Shown here piece by piece: positions 9,137 to 19,060 of a stretch of 64,000 nt of DNA. The DNA lies in the IMG/VR virus record IMGVR_UViG_2816332320_000003, positions 64,001 to 128,000 of that record. One strand, given 5' to 3'. Made by a program: the position numbers and the translations under genes. The notes under the pieces are model-generated. The model saw only the letters and a list, made by a program, of their open reading frames with translations. It was not told the origin of the DNA and did not search any database. Source of the DNA: a virus (lineage: Duplodnaviria; Caudoviricetes). Each line of letters opens with the position of its first letter. Position 1 is the stretch's first letter.

Positions 9137-9502
9137 TCACTTCATGTCCTTTTTGAAACTCTCATCAAAATACCATTCAACGTCCCATGCTGCCATACTT
9201 GTTCTCAATTCTCTGTTGCATGAAATGCAGGGTCTTGTAAATTCATCTCTACTTGGACTGATTCCATTTTTCTCAATTACTTTTCTAAGTTTCTCAGATG
9301 GCTCCTGAGTAACTATCATTTCAAATGAATGAGGGTATGACTCACCCTTAAAATCAGAGCTAATAGTTACTAATGCTTCTTCTATCTCTGATTCGTATAG
9401 TGACTGAAACAGTGATCGTTGTTGCTGTACTATCTCTACAGACTCGCCATCCTGCAACAAATCATTCCAGATAATATGAAGGTACATTAAATCTCTCCTC
9501 AT
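9137..9502 (-). CDS. hypothetical protein
   Basis: 121-aa ORF in leftward run. Confidence 0.65.
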   Translation of the reverse strand: MRRDLMYLHIIWNDLLQDGESVEIVQQQRSLFQSLYESEIEEALVTISSDFKGESYPHSFEMIVTQEPSEKLRKVIEKNGISPSRDEFTRPCISCNRELRTSMAAWDVEWYFDESFKKDMK

Positions 9503-9520
9503 TTTCTTTCAGATACTTGC

Positions 9521-10768
9521 TCATTTATAATGTCCACCGATCTTGGCTGCGCGATCTCTTGTTTGCCCAGCAGACGTAAATGAACTTGCCCTCACAATAG
9601 CTGCTTCTCCAAATCTATCTCTAACTAAGTCCATTACTTGATCAATTTTACGCTTTTTCTCCTGATCTTCAAACAAGGTGAGTTGATACACTTCGTCACT
9701 TTCTAATCCAGCAATTGAAACACCAATTCTTCGGATCGGCAACCCATCCCAGTGCTGATGAAATAGCTTTTTAGAATGAGAATATACATCTTCCGTAATA
9801 TTGGTTGAACTCGACAATTTCATTTGTCGGTTAAAGCCTGTCGGACGATCCCAATCAGCTCCCATGCAACTTACATTGAGGACTGAACCTCTAACCTTTT
9901 TCTGCCTAAGTCGTCTACAAACTTGACTGACCATATCCAATAGCACAACATCAATTTCCCAAGCTGTGCAATAGTCTCTAGGTAAAGTCATCCCATTACC
10001 AATTACTTTCTGATTATCATGGGTACTAATTGTTACTGGAGAGCTATCTATGCCATTTGCACATTGCCATAGGACTTGACCATTGACACCCCATTTTTTG
10101 GTAAGGAGTGTTAAGGGTGTTTTAGCCAATTGTCCAATCGTTAAAATGCCCATAAGATTTAAGTGCCTTCTCATTTTGCTACCTACACCCCATAGGTCTT
10201 CCACTGGCTTGTGCCAAATATGCTTCTCAAGCTCATCTTTGCGCAAAGTAAAAATCCCTGATTTGTTCTTTTTGGCAATTATGTCACAACAGACTTTTGC
10301 AAGGATCTTGTTTTCACCAATACCAGCCCTTGACCAAACGCCTGTTTGTATCAGGATATTCTGTTGTATGGCAAGTGCCAATTCTTCAGGAGTGGTATTA
10401 AAAAGGTGTATAGAGTTAGTCACGTCAATGAACAGTTCATCAATGCTGTACGGCTCGACCAGATCTGTATATGATTCAAGAATCCTCGTAATCTGCATTG
10501 ATACGTCTATATACAATTGCATGCGTGGTTGAACTACAATGATATCGATGCATTTCCTTTGTGCTTCCCCTAGCCTATCCGCAGTTGAGATACCGAATGA
10601 CTTTGCTATTGGACAGGCAGCAAGGACAATGCCTGATCTACGTGCAGGATCTCCTGCTACGACAAGCGGCTTATCTTTGTATTTAGGATTCGTTGCTTTC
10701 TCCACAGAGGCATAGAAGCTCTGCATGTCAAAAAGCATAATGATGCGTTCTTTCTTCTTCACAATCAT
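9521..10768 (-). CDS. polYB: Y-family DNA polymerase (PolY2/YqjW, DinB/UmuC family)
   Basis: DMQSFYASVE, EPYSIDE, C-terminal KIGGHYK typical of Bacillus PolY2; LexA boxes upstream. Confidence 0.92.
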   Translation of the reverse strand: MIVKKKERIIMLFDMQSFYASVEKATNPKYKDKPLVVAGDPARRSGIVLAACPIAKSFGISTADRLGEAQRKCIDIIVVQPRMQLYIDVSMQITRILESYTDLVEPYSIDELFIDVTNSIHLFNTTPEELALAIQQNILIQTGVWSRAGIGENKILAKVCCDIIAKKNKSGIFTLRKDELEKHIWHKPVEDLWGVGSKMRRHLNLMGILTIGQLAKTPLTLLTKKWGVNGQVLWQCANGIDSSPVTISTHDNQKVIGNGMTLPRDYCTAWEIDVVLLDMVSQVCRRLRQKKVRGSVLNVSCMGADWDRPTGFNRQMKLSSSTNITEDVYSHSKKLFHQHWDGLPIRRIGVSIAGLESDEVYQLTLFEDQEKKRKIDQVMDLVRDRFGEAAIVRASSFTSAGQTRDRAAKIGGHYK

Positions 10769-10782
10769 ATCACCCCAAATAA

Positions 10783-10823
10783 GAACATTCGTTTGTGTTT
10801 ATTATACACACAAACATACGTTC
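10783..10823. promoter_or_regulatory. pair of LexA boxes flanking the -10 of the polYB promoter
   Basis: GAAC-ATTC-GTTT (10783) and AAAC-ATAC-GTTC (10812) around minus-strand TATAAT. Confidence 0.75.
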
Positions 10824-10886
10824 TTGATACGGTGATTTCTAGAGTGCTGATACTTATCTTGTCTATATTCTGTTAAAAGCCTTTTC

Positions 10887-11102
10887 TCATTTAGTCACAT
10901 ACTCGATTATTTCACTAGGTTCAATAAATAATTGCTCGTTTTCACATTCCACAACGTATTGAATTCTTTTCAGATGGCGATGAAATTCTGGTTTTAATAT
11001 TCGTATCACTGTTCCTGTTTTGACTTCTACCATACCAGTTTGTCGAAATCTTATTCTTTGCCCTTCTTTTGGTCTAAGTGCCAAAAGAACACCCACTCTC
11101 AA
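10887..11102 (-). CDS. small SH3-like hypothetical protein
   Basis: 71-aa beta-rich ORF; stop codon inside junction palindrome 10873-10890. Confidence 0.5.
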   Translation of the reverse strand: MRVGVLLALRPKEGQRIRFRQTGMVEVKTGTVIRILKPEFHRHLKRIQYVVECENEQLFIEPSEIIEYVTK

Positions 11103-11119
11103 TAAATCTCACATTTTAT

Positions 11120-11563
11120 CTAGATAGCAAATTCGTAACTACTCCCACCAACTTCAATAAAATTATCAACATGAGGATTGAATAAGTCTTCTTCAGGATC
11201 GTAAACGAGAACTTTCCAATGCTCATCGTCAACTTTATGCTTACTAAATAAGAAAAAGTGAGAATGATGTTGGATAGATGAAGCCTCAAGGTTTCGAAAG
11301 GTATCTGAAGGATTTTTTGATAAATTCAAGTTATCATTCATGGCACTACAAAACATATGCGTTGTACTCCAGAATGCCTCTCCAACTGGAAAGCATTGTG
11401 GTAGATTGCTACTAATTACTGTATACTGGACAATTCCACCACGATCAATCTTTAGTAAAATTTCACCCTTTGTTTTAAAAGGGTTCTTGTTCAATTTAAC
11501 TCCACTGACTTTCATCCCTAGCATGTTTGGATCTGGTACTGACAATTTGTACTTTGGCATCAT
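11120..11563 (-). CDS. hypothetical protein
   Basis: 147-aa ORF, AAGGAG RBS. Confidence 0.65.
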   Translation of the reverse strand: MMPKYKLSVPDPNMLGMKVSGVKLNKNPFKTKGEILLKIDRGGIVQYTVISSNLPQCFPVGEAFWSTTHMFCSAMNDNLNLSKNPSDTFRNLEASSIQHHSHFFLFSKHKVDDEHWKVLVYDPEEDLFNPHVDNFIEVGGSSYEFAI

Positions 11564-11571
11564 TATACTCC

Positions 11572-11844
11572 TTAAAATTCCTCATCTTCACCGTATATGC
11601 TTTCATTCCCCTTGCGATAAGAGCCTTGCTCTAAAAATTCAATGAATTCTTCTGGCTGATTCTCCGTATCACAACTGTCTAAATAGAAATCAATAACTGA
11701 ATCATTATTGACTTTGTTCTTGATGAACCATTCTCTAATTAACCGATCTGTTTCATTTGCAATCCGATTCGCTTTTGCATTTCTTACAATAGCATCTTTA
11801 ATGTACTTAGGAACTTTCATTCTTTGCAACTCTCTTTCTACCAA
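11572..11844 (-). CDS. hypothetical protein
   Basis: acidic ORF in leftward run. Confidence 0.6.
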   Translation of the reverse strand: MVERELQRMKVPKYIKDAIVRNAKANRIANETDRLIREWFIKNKVNNDSVIDFYLDSCDTENQPEEFIEFLEQGSYRKGNESIYGEDEEF

Positions 11845-12066
11845 TTAATAAGCTTTTTACATTGGATCAAATTTATTTCTAATATCAAAGCACTTGCATG
11901 ATGCCCCCTTCAAGATACCTCCGTATCTCAAACTGGTCTTTGGTGTCAATCACTGAAATCGCCTTTTGAATTAGCAAATCTATTTCATTTACGCTTAAGA
12001 CGATTTCCTTGGTTTTACCTCTAGCCTTCATACAGATCACCAACTTTCATTAAAACCCTCATTTGA

Positions 12067-12315
12067 TTAGGTTTCTACACTGTATTTCTTTACCCAAGTT
12101 TCGTACAGCAGCTCTCGTTTCTCTGCCTGCTCGAACTTCTTGGATAGTTCATACCAATCTAACTCTCGATGATCTTTTTGTGATGGTATGTTTCTTCTTC
12201 CTAAATCCAATATATCACCAACCATCTTGACATTTCCCTGTTCCATGTAGTTATGCAAAAGATCATTGGTTGGGTATTCATGTTTAACCTCTTGAATAAA
12301 AGCTGCTTCTAGCAT
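12067..12315 (-). CDS. hypothetical protein
   Basis: 82 aa, GGGAGTGG RBS, bounded by junction palindromes. Confidence 0.65.
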   Translation of the reverse strand: MLEAAFIQEVKHEYPTNDLLHNYMEQGNVKMVGDILDLGRRNIPSQKDHRELDWYELSKKFEQAEKRELLYETWVKKYSVET

Positions 12316-12390
12316 AAAACCACTCCCTTTTTCCAGTCAAATTAACATTTCATTCTATATTTATTACACATCCCATTGTTTGCTGAATAG

Positions 12391-12744
12391 TTATTGTGAT
12401 AAGTCAACTTCTTGCCATTTAGCCCAATAATCCCAGTCAAAACCTTCTTCTCTTGGTGTTCTCAATTCTGTTCGGTCAAGATCAATTGCTGCAATAACCT
12501 TTTTAATCACTTCGTAATCCTCGAAGCCATCGCTGCTTTTTGCAATCTCCACATAACTTTTATTAGCAACAACACTATCGGTCATCATGCTATCCTTCCA
12601 ATTTTCATACACTTTTTCAGCCTCTTCTGGTGACTCAAATTCATTTGAGCAATCCATGTTTGTATGAACTCGATAAGTATCCAATTTTTTGCTCCCTTCT
12701 TTCTTTTTTGATAATGAATTAAACATCTTCACGTATGCTCTCAA
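12391..12744 (-). CDS. hypothetical protein
   Basis: acidic ORF; true start probably near 12684. Confidence 0.6.
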   Translation of the reverse strand: MRAYVKMFNSLSKKKEGSKKLDTYRVHTNMDCSNEFESPEEAEKVYENWKDSMMTDSVVANKSYVEIAKSSDGFEDYEVIKKVIAAIDLDRTELRTPREEGFDWDYWAKWQEVDLSQ

Positions 12745-12886
12745 CAGCAGTAATGTTTATTATATTTTCCACATCTCTGTCAGATTCAATAGCTTCCTGA
12801 ATAGCTTCAGCTTTACTTGATTTTCTATAGAAAGCACTTCGCGATAATCCATTTTTGTATACAATAACGATACTATAATTTTTCAT
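12719..12886 (-). CDS. hypothetical protein
   Basis: MKNYSIVIVY start with GGAGTG RBS. Confidence 0.55.
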   Translation of the reverse strand: MKNYSIVIVYKNGLSRSAFYRKSSKAEAIQEAIESDRDVENIINITAVESIREDV

Positions 12887-13212
12887 GGAATCACTCCGTT
12901 TGACCTTAGAATTCATGAACATAGTGATTAGTATTGACATTTTAAGCATCCTTATCAACCTTTTCTAATCAAATCCCCATTTTATTCCTTTTAGTTATAA
13001 CTCTCGCACAACTCATCTTCTTCAACAGCCCTATTATGAATTACACACACCAAAACTTGTTCTCCATGTTTATCGTCACCACTCATAGAATTACTGCATC
13101 CAAAGCAGTCTAAAAATCGATGACTTTGAATTCTTTCTGTAGCTGTTTAACAATTTTATCTTTGCTCAATTTTATCTAACACCTTTGACAGTCCTTTAAA
13201 ATGCCAATTTGA

Positions 13213-13431
13213 TTATGATTTACAGAAACACCATCCACATCTACAGATAAAAGCGCCACAATCTGAGCACATTTTATATTCAGTAACTAAACTTTTTATC
13301 AGTGGCTCTTTACATGATTGGCAGCGTTCTTCATTGCAAATTTTATTCCAAGAGCGAGATATATTATGACACTCAAGACATTCACTTACTCCTTCTCTAT
13401 TAATGGCTTTTCCGCAATGACATCTTCGCAC
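13213..13431 (-). CDS. Cys-rich zinc-binding protein
   Basis: multiple CxxC motifs, AGGAGG RBS. Confidence 0.6.
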   Translation of the reverse strand: MRRCHCGKAINREGVSECLECHNISRSWNKICNEERCQSCKEPLIKSLVTEYKMCSDCGAFICRCGWCFCKS

Positions 13432-13460
13432 AGTCCATGCCTCCTAATGAAAACGATATT

Positions 13461-13886
13461 TTATTCAGGCAAATCTTTTTGATAACTATCCAATATAAGC
13501 TGGTTGAAGATTTTAAACTTATGAGATAAATGCTTTGGGATTATTTGTTCAGCTTTCCTCATTCCTCTTATTTCTAATTGTAAATACTCCTCTTTGCTAC
13601 TACATCTAAATCCTTCAGGGTTCTCTTCATGGTCGTAATAATGACCTATCTCATGAACCAGTCCTAACAGTATAAAGGTCGAAAGATCAAAATCATAGAA
13701 TCCATATTTCTTTCCTTTTTTATACACTTCTTCTATCCTGCTGCAATCATAAACAATACTATTCATATTAGGATCAAACAACATTGAATAATGCTCATCT
13801 AATTCCTCTTCAATCAAGTCGCAGAAAAATTGATGTTTTTCCTTTAGCGTCTCATATTGTTTCATAATCAGTTCTTTAGTATCCAA
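13461..13886 (-). CDS. HExxH zinc-metallopeptidase-like protein (ImmA/IrrE-like motif)
   Basis: LGLVHEIGHYYD...LEIRG. Confidence 0.55.
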   Translation of the reverse strand: MDTKELIMKQYETLKEKHQFFCDLIEEELDEHYSMLFDPNMNSIVYDCSRIEEVYKKGKKYGFYDFDLSTFILLGLVHEIGHYYDHEENPEGFRCSSKEEYLQLEIRGMRKAEQIIPKHLSHKFKIFNQLILDSYQKDLPE

Positions 13887-13954
13887 ATCAACACTTCCTT
13901 CTTTTTTGAAAAAAGGTTATGCTTTCTTTCTTAATCAAATCGCTGTTTTTTCAC

Positions 13955-14167
13955 TTAATCTTCCCAAACACTATCCATCAACTTTTTGATTTCAGCGCTT
14001 CTCGATTCTGTTCCATCTACGTCCTTTGTCCAAGTCCCATCAATTAGTTCAACTGCGTCTCCAGCAATTACACCATCTGCAACTTTGCCTTTCTCCACAT
14101 CTTGTGTTTCTCCATTAATCTCAATTACTACGTAATCACCTTCAAATCGATCAACAATCCCTTTCAT
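13955..14167 (-). CDS. DUF3006 protein
   Basis: MKGIVDRFEGDYVVIE...LMDSVWED; usual partner of ComEC-like MBL lipoproteins. Confidence 0.8.
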   Translation of the reverse strand: MKGIVDRFEGDYVVIEINGETQDVEKGKVADGVIAGDAVELIDGTWTKDVDGTESRSAEIKKLMDSVWED

Positions 14168-14180
14168 GTAAAGCCCTCCT

Positions 14181-15386
14181 TTACTTCTCACATGCCACTC
14201 CATCGTTATCTCTGTCTAAACCGCTACGGTAGCCGGGATCTCCTTTGTGCAACGGTGCAGCTCCTGCTGCCTTAGCTTCCGCACAATTCTTATAGTAAAC
14301 AGAGTCAACTTGTTCAGGACTGACTACACTTGGTGTTGTCTCTGTTAGCTTACTAGTATCACTGCTCTTCTTAGTTTCAACTGGCTTCCAGTCATTAGCC
14401 GAAACACTGATATCAGTTCCATTAGATGTGAAGACAATATTCCCTTGTTCGTCATTTCGATATATCTTAATCCCTTTTTCTGATAGTCGATTTAACACTA
14501 TATCTGTTGGATGACCATACTTGTTCCCTTTTCCACTTTGAATCACAGCATATGATGGAATCACTTTATCTAGGAATTCTTGACTGGTCGATGTCTTAGA
14601 GCCATGGTGACCAACAAGGAGTACATCCGATTTTAAACTTACCTGAGACTTTAATAAATCAGCTTCACTTTCTCCTTCAGCATCACCCATGAACAAAAAT
14701 GAAGTGTTACCGTATGTAAGATGAATGACAGCACTCATTTCATTTGCGTCCTGATATGCACCAATAGGAGCTATCATCTCAACTGATGCATTTGGTTCCC
14801 ATTCTAATTTCAAACCTGCTTTAGCAGTGGATACTTTCAATCCTTTCTTAGCAATCTCAGTCAGCACACTCTCAAATGTCTTTGTATTTGATTGGACTTT
14901 AGGCATATAAATTTTGCCAATATCAAAGTTTCGAATAACTGAATCTAGACCACCAGCATGATCTGCATCAGGGTGTGTTCCAATGAGTATGTCAACCTTT
15001 TTGACGTTTTCTTTCTTAAGATAGTCCGTAACTACTTGTTCTTTGTCATTATTACCTGCATCAATAAGGATTGTTTTACCTGTTGGGCTAATGATTAGCT
15101 GTGAGCCACCTTGACCAACATCAATGTAGTGTACTGTCAGTTTTCCATTTACTGTTGGTACTGTTGTAACTGTTGAATTGTTTGACTGTACTTGGTTGAG
15201 TTTCTGATCAGGTGACCTTGTATTTGTGGGAGTCGAATCTGTGGTGTTTGAGGTAGTAGTTTCTACGTTTGATGTGCTTGCCGCTGGAGCAACTTCATTA
15301 GAAGTATTGCTATTTGCACATCCAGTGATTATGAGCACACATAATAGTACTGGTAAGAATAACCTATTTATTTTAGTGGAAAACAT
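14181..15386 (-). CDS. ComEC/Rec2-like metallo-beta-lactamase-fold lipoprotein with C-terminal Excalibur domain
   Basis: lipobox ITGC; IDVGQG, THPDADHAGG, GHHGS, YGHP; YKNCAEAKAAGAAPLHKGDPGYRSGLDRDNDGVACE. Confidence 0.88.
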   Translation of the reverse strand: MFSTKINRLFLPVLLCVLIITGCANSNTSNEVAPAASTSNVETTTSNTTDSTPTNTRSPDQKLNQVQSNNSTVTTVPTVNGKLTVHYIDVGQGGSQLIISPTGKTILIDAGNNDKEQVVTDYLKKENVKKVDILIGTHPDADHAGGLDSVIRNFDIGKIYMPKVQSNTKTFESVLTEIAKKGLKVSTAKAGLKLEWEPNASVEMIAPIGAYQDANEMSAVIHLTYGNTSFLFMGDAEGESEADLLKSQVSLKSDVLLVGHHGSKTSTSQEFLDKVIPSYAVIQSGKGNKYGHPTDIVLNRLSEKGIKIYRNDEQGNIVFTSNGTDISVSANDWKPVETKKSSDTSKLTETTPSVVSPEQVDSVYYKNCAEAKAAGAAPLHKGDPGYRSGLDRDNDGVACEK

Positions 15387-15460
15387 AAATCCTCCAAGTA
15401 AGAGATTTAGCAACTATGAATTGGAAATGAGATTGTTTGCGTTTTGATTACACGTTAACT

Positions 15461-15919
15461 CTAGAACTCAATACCCTTACTTTTCATTTCGAGCAATACC
15501 CATTCTGTCGTTCGTCTATCGAGACATAAATCAATATTTTCGAACTTCTCGCAAATTATGGCTAATTCATCAGGAGTTTGTGGATTAAAGTTGTCAGTCT
15601 CGTAATCAAAGTTGTTATGATAAACAGTGAATTGATCAAGTCGAACTAAAATACGAAGAGTGTCTCTGACAAATCCCTTAACGAGCGTAACTTTATCTAG
15701 AATTTCAGGAGTATCACGAATAGTTTTTAATAGAGAAGATACAGCAGGATCAACAATTTCTATTCCTACTGGTATTATCTCTTCAAATTGCGGGAAATCT
15801 CTTGCTAGGTCGTCAAACGAATACAAATACTCATTTATACTGTTCGCAATAACACTATTATCATCAGTTATTAACATTGCGTTGTTTGATTCTGAACATT
15901 TTATTGTTTCATTTCTCAT
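15461..15919 (-). CDS. hypothetical protein
   Basis: 152 aa, GGAGAGG RBS. Confidence 0.65.
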   Translation of the reverse strand: MRNETIKCSESNNAMLITDDNSVIANSINEYLYSFDDLARDFPQFEEIIPVGIEIVDPAVSSLLKTIRDTPEILDKVTLVKGFVRDTLRILVRLDQFTVYHNNFDYETDNFNPQTPDELAIICEKFENIDLCLDRRTTEWVLLEMKSKGIEF

Positions 15920-16072
15920 TGTTAATACCTCTCCTTCATTTTCAAATTACCTTCTTATTGCAATAACCATCTCTCAAACCCTTTATTTGTTATCCAACGA
16001 AGCATTGCTCTTCCGTTGAATGACAAATACATTCCTCCATTCATATTCTTATCAAATCTTGTTTTCATTTGA

Positions 16073-16441
16073 TTACATTCCAAACATGTTTTTTATCCCT
16101 TCAACCAACAAATCTTTCGCAACATCAAAAGGTAAGGAAGAAATATCAAACCCTTTGGATTCTATGCTTTCTTTTACATTCTTCACTACTTGTTCATTAC
16201 GAGTAGCATCGAGAAAGTCATGACCTTTCCATGTTAATCGGTCAATATGGTAATACGTTTCATTATCACTCGAAAAGGAACGTCCTTTTAAATAGCCAGC
16301 CTCAACTAGCAACGCAACATGGTATTGAATGGCATCATACATATACTTTGTTGTGCCTACAACAATTTCTTCTTCTAGTGGCTCTTCATTAACTTCAACA
16401 CGTCTTAAAATTTCAACTACCAATTCAAAACTTCTTTTCAT
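16073..16441 (-). CDS. DUF2513-domain protein (copy 1)
   Basis: MKRSFELVVEILRRVE...YHVALLVEAGYL...LTWKGHDFLDATRN. Confidence 0.8.
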   Translation of the reverse strand: MKRSFELVVEILRRVEVNEEPLEEEIVVGTTKYMYDAIQYHVALLVEAGYLKGRSFSSDNETYYHIDRLTWKGHDFLDATRNEQVVKNVKESIESKGFDISSLPFDVAKDLLVEGIKNMFGM

Positions 16442-16665
16442 TACCTCACCTTCCCGTTCAAATCACCTTTTATTTGGTATCGCCAACATTTGTTACGCTC
16501 AACCCTATAACACCTTTGTCATTTAAGTTCTTAAGTACATTCTGAACTACGATTCCCTCCTCTCGTGTATAAGTTTCTACTCTTGCTCCATTTATATACA
16601 GAATGCACTTGTCTTTCTCAATTTTCAGTGAAACCAAAGTATACATCTCCTTTTAGTTACGTTAT

Positions 16666-16965
16666 TTATTGTTCAATAAATACTACTTCTGCCCCAAGCA
16701 AGTCCATATCACTTACAAATTTAGCAACAAACAATGGATTTCTTGATAGTCTAGAATGGTTTAATGTAATAATCTTTTTAAATCCTCCAAGCTTAACTCT
16801 TGAAATTAGTAAATCAAGTTGAGGTTTATTTGGTGACAAGCCCGATACCCCAAAGTCTTGAAAAAGTACTAGACTAGCACTTCCAACCTCTTTCATGCAA
16901 CTCTCAATTTGTTGATGCGCTGCCTCAGTGTCATGTGTTGCAGTTCGTACATAGATTGCTACCAT
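16666..16965 (-). CDS. stand-alone serine-recombinase catalytic-domain fragment lacking the nucleophile Ser
   Basis: AIYVRTAT (cf. YxRVST), D.GVSG, SRLSRN; only 99 aa. Confidence 0.65.
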   Translation of the reverse strand: MVAIYVRTATHDTEAAHQQIESCMKEVGSASLVLFQDFGVSGLSPNKPQLDLLISRVKLGGFKKIITLNHSRLSRNPLFVAKFVSDMDLLGAEVVFIEQ

Positions 16966-16992
16966 TTATCTTCATCCTTTCAAATCTTCATT

Positions 16993-17208
16993 TCATTCAA
17001 AGTTTTCATTGTAAAAACGTATTAACTTCTCCATTCCCTCCTTCGTTAACGTAAACGAATATTGTTGCTCTTGTCCTTTGTTCTGATAGTGAAAGCTTAT
17101 GGTGTTTTGAGCAACTACGGAATCTACATGAATAACAGCGTCAACCGTTGTGTCCGAATCAAATACATCGTGTTCATGATGATTTAACCTTAATATCAAA
17201 TCAGCCAT
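16993..17208 (-). CDS. hypothetical protein
   Basis: bounded by palindromes at 16979 and 17227. Confidence 0.6.
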   Translation of the reverse strand: MADLILRLNHHEHDVFDSDTTVDAVIHVDSVVAQNTISFHYQNKGQEQQYSFTLTKEGMEKLIRFYNENFE

Positions 17209-17248
17209 TTGTCTGTCCCCTTTCAAATGAAAACCATCTTTTATTCCA

Positions 17249-17605
17249 TTATGTAAATAAATTCTTTGCTCCCGTGATTAACAGGTCTTTTATTACGGCA
17301 ATCGGTAGGTTATACAATTCAACACCTTGTTTTTTGGCAATTTCCTTGGCTTTTTCAACCACTGTTTCATTTCTAGCAGCATCTAAGAAATCATACCCTG
17401 CCCAAGACATTTCCGAAATCCAGTATTCCAATGGATTGTAAGTGGCTTTCGCTTTTAAAAAACCAGCATCCTTTAAAAGCCCCACATGATACTGAACAAC
17501 TTCAAAATCGTAACCCTCTAATTCAATAACAATATTGTTTGTAGCTGTTTTTTCTTGCTCTACTCTTTTCAGAATTTCTATGATTAGTTCCATATCTCTT
17601 TTCAT
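17249..17605 (-). CDS. DUF2513-domain protein (copy 2)
   Basis: MKRDMELIIEILKRVE...YHVGLLKDAGFL...MSWAGYDFLDAARN. Confidence 0.8.
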   Translation of the reverse strand: MKRDMELIIEILKRVEQEKTATNNIVIELEGYDFEVVQYHVGLLKDAGFLKAKATYNPLEYWISEMSWAGYDFLDAARNETVVEKAKEIAKKQGVELYNLPIAVIKDLLITGAKNLFT

Positions 17606-17640
17606 AAAAACTGCATCCCTTTCCGAATCAAAATCTTCTT

Positions 17641-18174
17641 TTATCGAACTGTTATTTCATATGTACCTGTCCACTGCCCCTTGGTATAAGTACCATTCAT
17701 AAACAGTGGCATTTTGAATGGTACTTTATCTCCATCATTAGCTCGAACATACTGTGAACCTGTCCCAGCAACTTCTCCATTCGTGTTGTAAAGAACTACA
17801 TCAATGGTAGTTCCCATAATGCCAGCCTTAGTAATTTCTGCTGTGCCTGTTATCTTTGAGCCTATACCATCAATTTGTATATTAACGTTGCTAAAATTCG
17901 CACTAACTGGAGTAGCTGCTACCTGCTGATAATACTGTTGCTGCTGAAGGGTTTGCTGGGCAAGAACCGCCTGAAGTTCAGCATCTTGTTTTTGAGATTG
18001 TTCCATACTGATCCAGCCAAAGTTAGAATCAAATCGCTCTGTTTCATTTGTGAAGAGATTGGTTCTGTATGTGTGGTTCCCAATCTTCTCTTGTTTCCAT
18101 TGATTCATCCAAGCATAAGTGCCAATTCCTAATAATAAGACACTCGAAATCACCACGAGACTAATCTTCTTCAT
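17641..18174 (-). CDS. secreted/membrane-anchored protein
   Basis: N-terminal signal/TM segment, Q-rich linker, beta-sandwich-like C-terminus. Confidence 0.65.
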   Translation of the reverse strand: MKKISLVVISSVLLLGIGTYAWMNQWKQEKIGNHTYRTNLFTNETERFDSNFGWISMEQSQKQDAELQAVLAQQTLQQQQYYQQVAATPVSANFSNVNIQIDGIGSKITGTAEITKAGIMGTTIDVVLYNTNGEVAGTGSQYVRANDGDKVPFKMPLFMNGTYTKGQWTGTYEITVR

Positions 18175-18185
18175 ATAGCCCCCTT

Positions 18186-18806
18186 TTAATCACAAGGTAG
18201 ATTAGGATTAATCCATTTAATCTTGGCATAATGTCCAAACTCTTCAATTTCGAATCCATGCTTCTTATAGAAGTGAACAAGTCTATCTCCGTGATCATTC
18301 AAATCCTCTGGAGTCAAGTCACCTGTAATCTGTTTTTTGTTTTGCTGAATCGCATTAGCCTTCAACTGTTGCACTAAGAGTGAACCATAACCTTTACTTG
18401 CATCCTTATTACGAACTTTGATATCTAGAATGAAAAGTGCCCCGTCTTGACGCTCTAATGCGGCGATACTTACATGATTGTAGGAATTATCTGAGCTGAT
18501 AATTGTCGCCACTATGTAAAATGGGTCATATTCATAACCGTATAAGATAATAAATTCCTTGTCTTTGTTAATAAGTGTATTGTAGATGATTGACTCTTTC
18601 TCAATGACGTGCTTTTCAATCAGATGTGCCTTAAGATCATCGCATGAAAGCTTTTGAACATGACTCCAGTCAACAACTTCACGAACCATAAATGGAGGAA
18701 TAAAGTCATTATTAGTGTCATCATCTACTTCTTCAAATCCAATATCCTTTAACGCCTCAAACAAATCAATCCCTCCAATCATTAACTCTTTAGGCACACT
18801 AGACAC
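18186..18806 (-). CDS. GNAT-family acetyltransferase
   Basis: SKGYGSLLV acetyl-CoA motif A, FYKKHGF motif B. Confidence 0.75.
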   Translation of the reverse strand: MSSVPKELMIGGIDLFEALKDIGFEEVDDDTNNDFIPPFMVREVVDWSHVQKLSCDDLKAHLIEKHVIEKESIIYNTLINKDKEFIILYGYEYDPFYIVATIISSDNSYNHVSIAALERQDGALFILDIKVRNKDASKGYGSLLVQQLKANAIQQNKKQITGDLTPEDLNDHGDRLVHFYKKHGFEIEEFGHYAKIKWINPNLPCD

Positions 18807-18811
18807 TCCTT

Positions 18812-19024
18812 TTATGCAAGTTCAGTTTTCATTTTCTCAATCTTATTTTCTATACTTTGTAGAGCCTGATTGCGCCCTTCGATTACTCCCTGTTCTAATC
18901 CCTCACCATAAGCTCTATGTAGATCCATAAAAATTGAATTACGTAAGCCAACATCTGACATGTCTAAGCCCTTCTCTTCAAGTCTAGCTATTAATGTACG
19001 TGCAATCTCATTTGCTGCATTCAT
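18812..19024 (-). CDS. hypothetical protein
   Basis: 70-aa ORF, AAGGAG RBS inside palindrome 19028. Confidence 0.55.
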   Translation of the reverse strand: MNAANEIARTLIARLEEKGLDMSDVGLRNSIFMDLHRAYGEGLEQGVIEGRNQALQSIENKIEKMKTELA

Positions 19025-19060
19025 TTAATGAAATTCTCCTTTTATTCTTTGTTCTAATAA

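Noticed and set aside
12990-13190. Possible decayed Cys-containing ORF between palindromes 12968 and 13196
   Set aside because: Early stop after the apparent start and no recognisable family; cannot be supported as a pseudogene without homologs.
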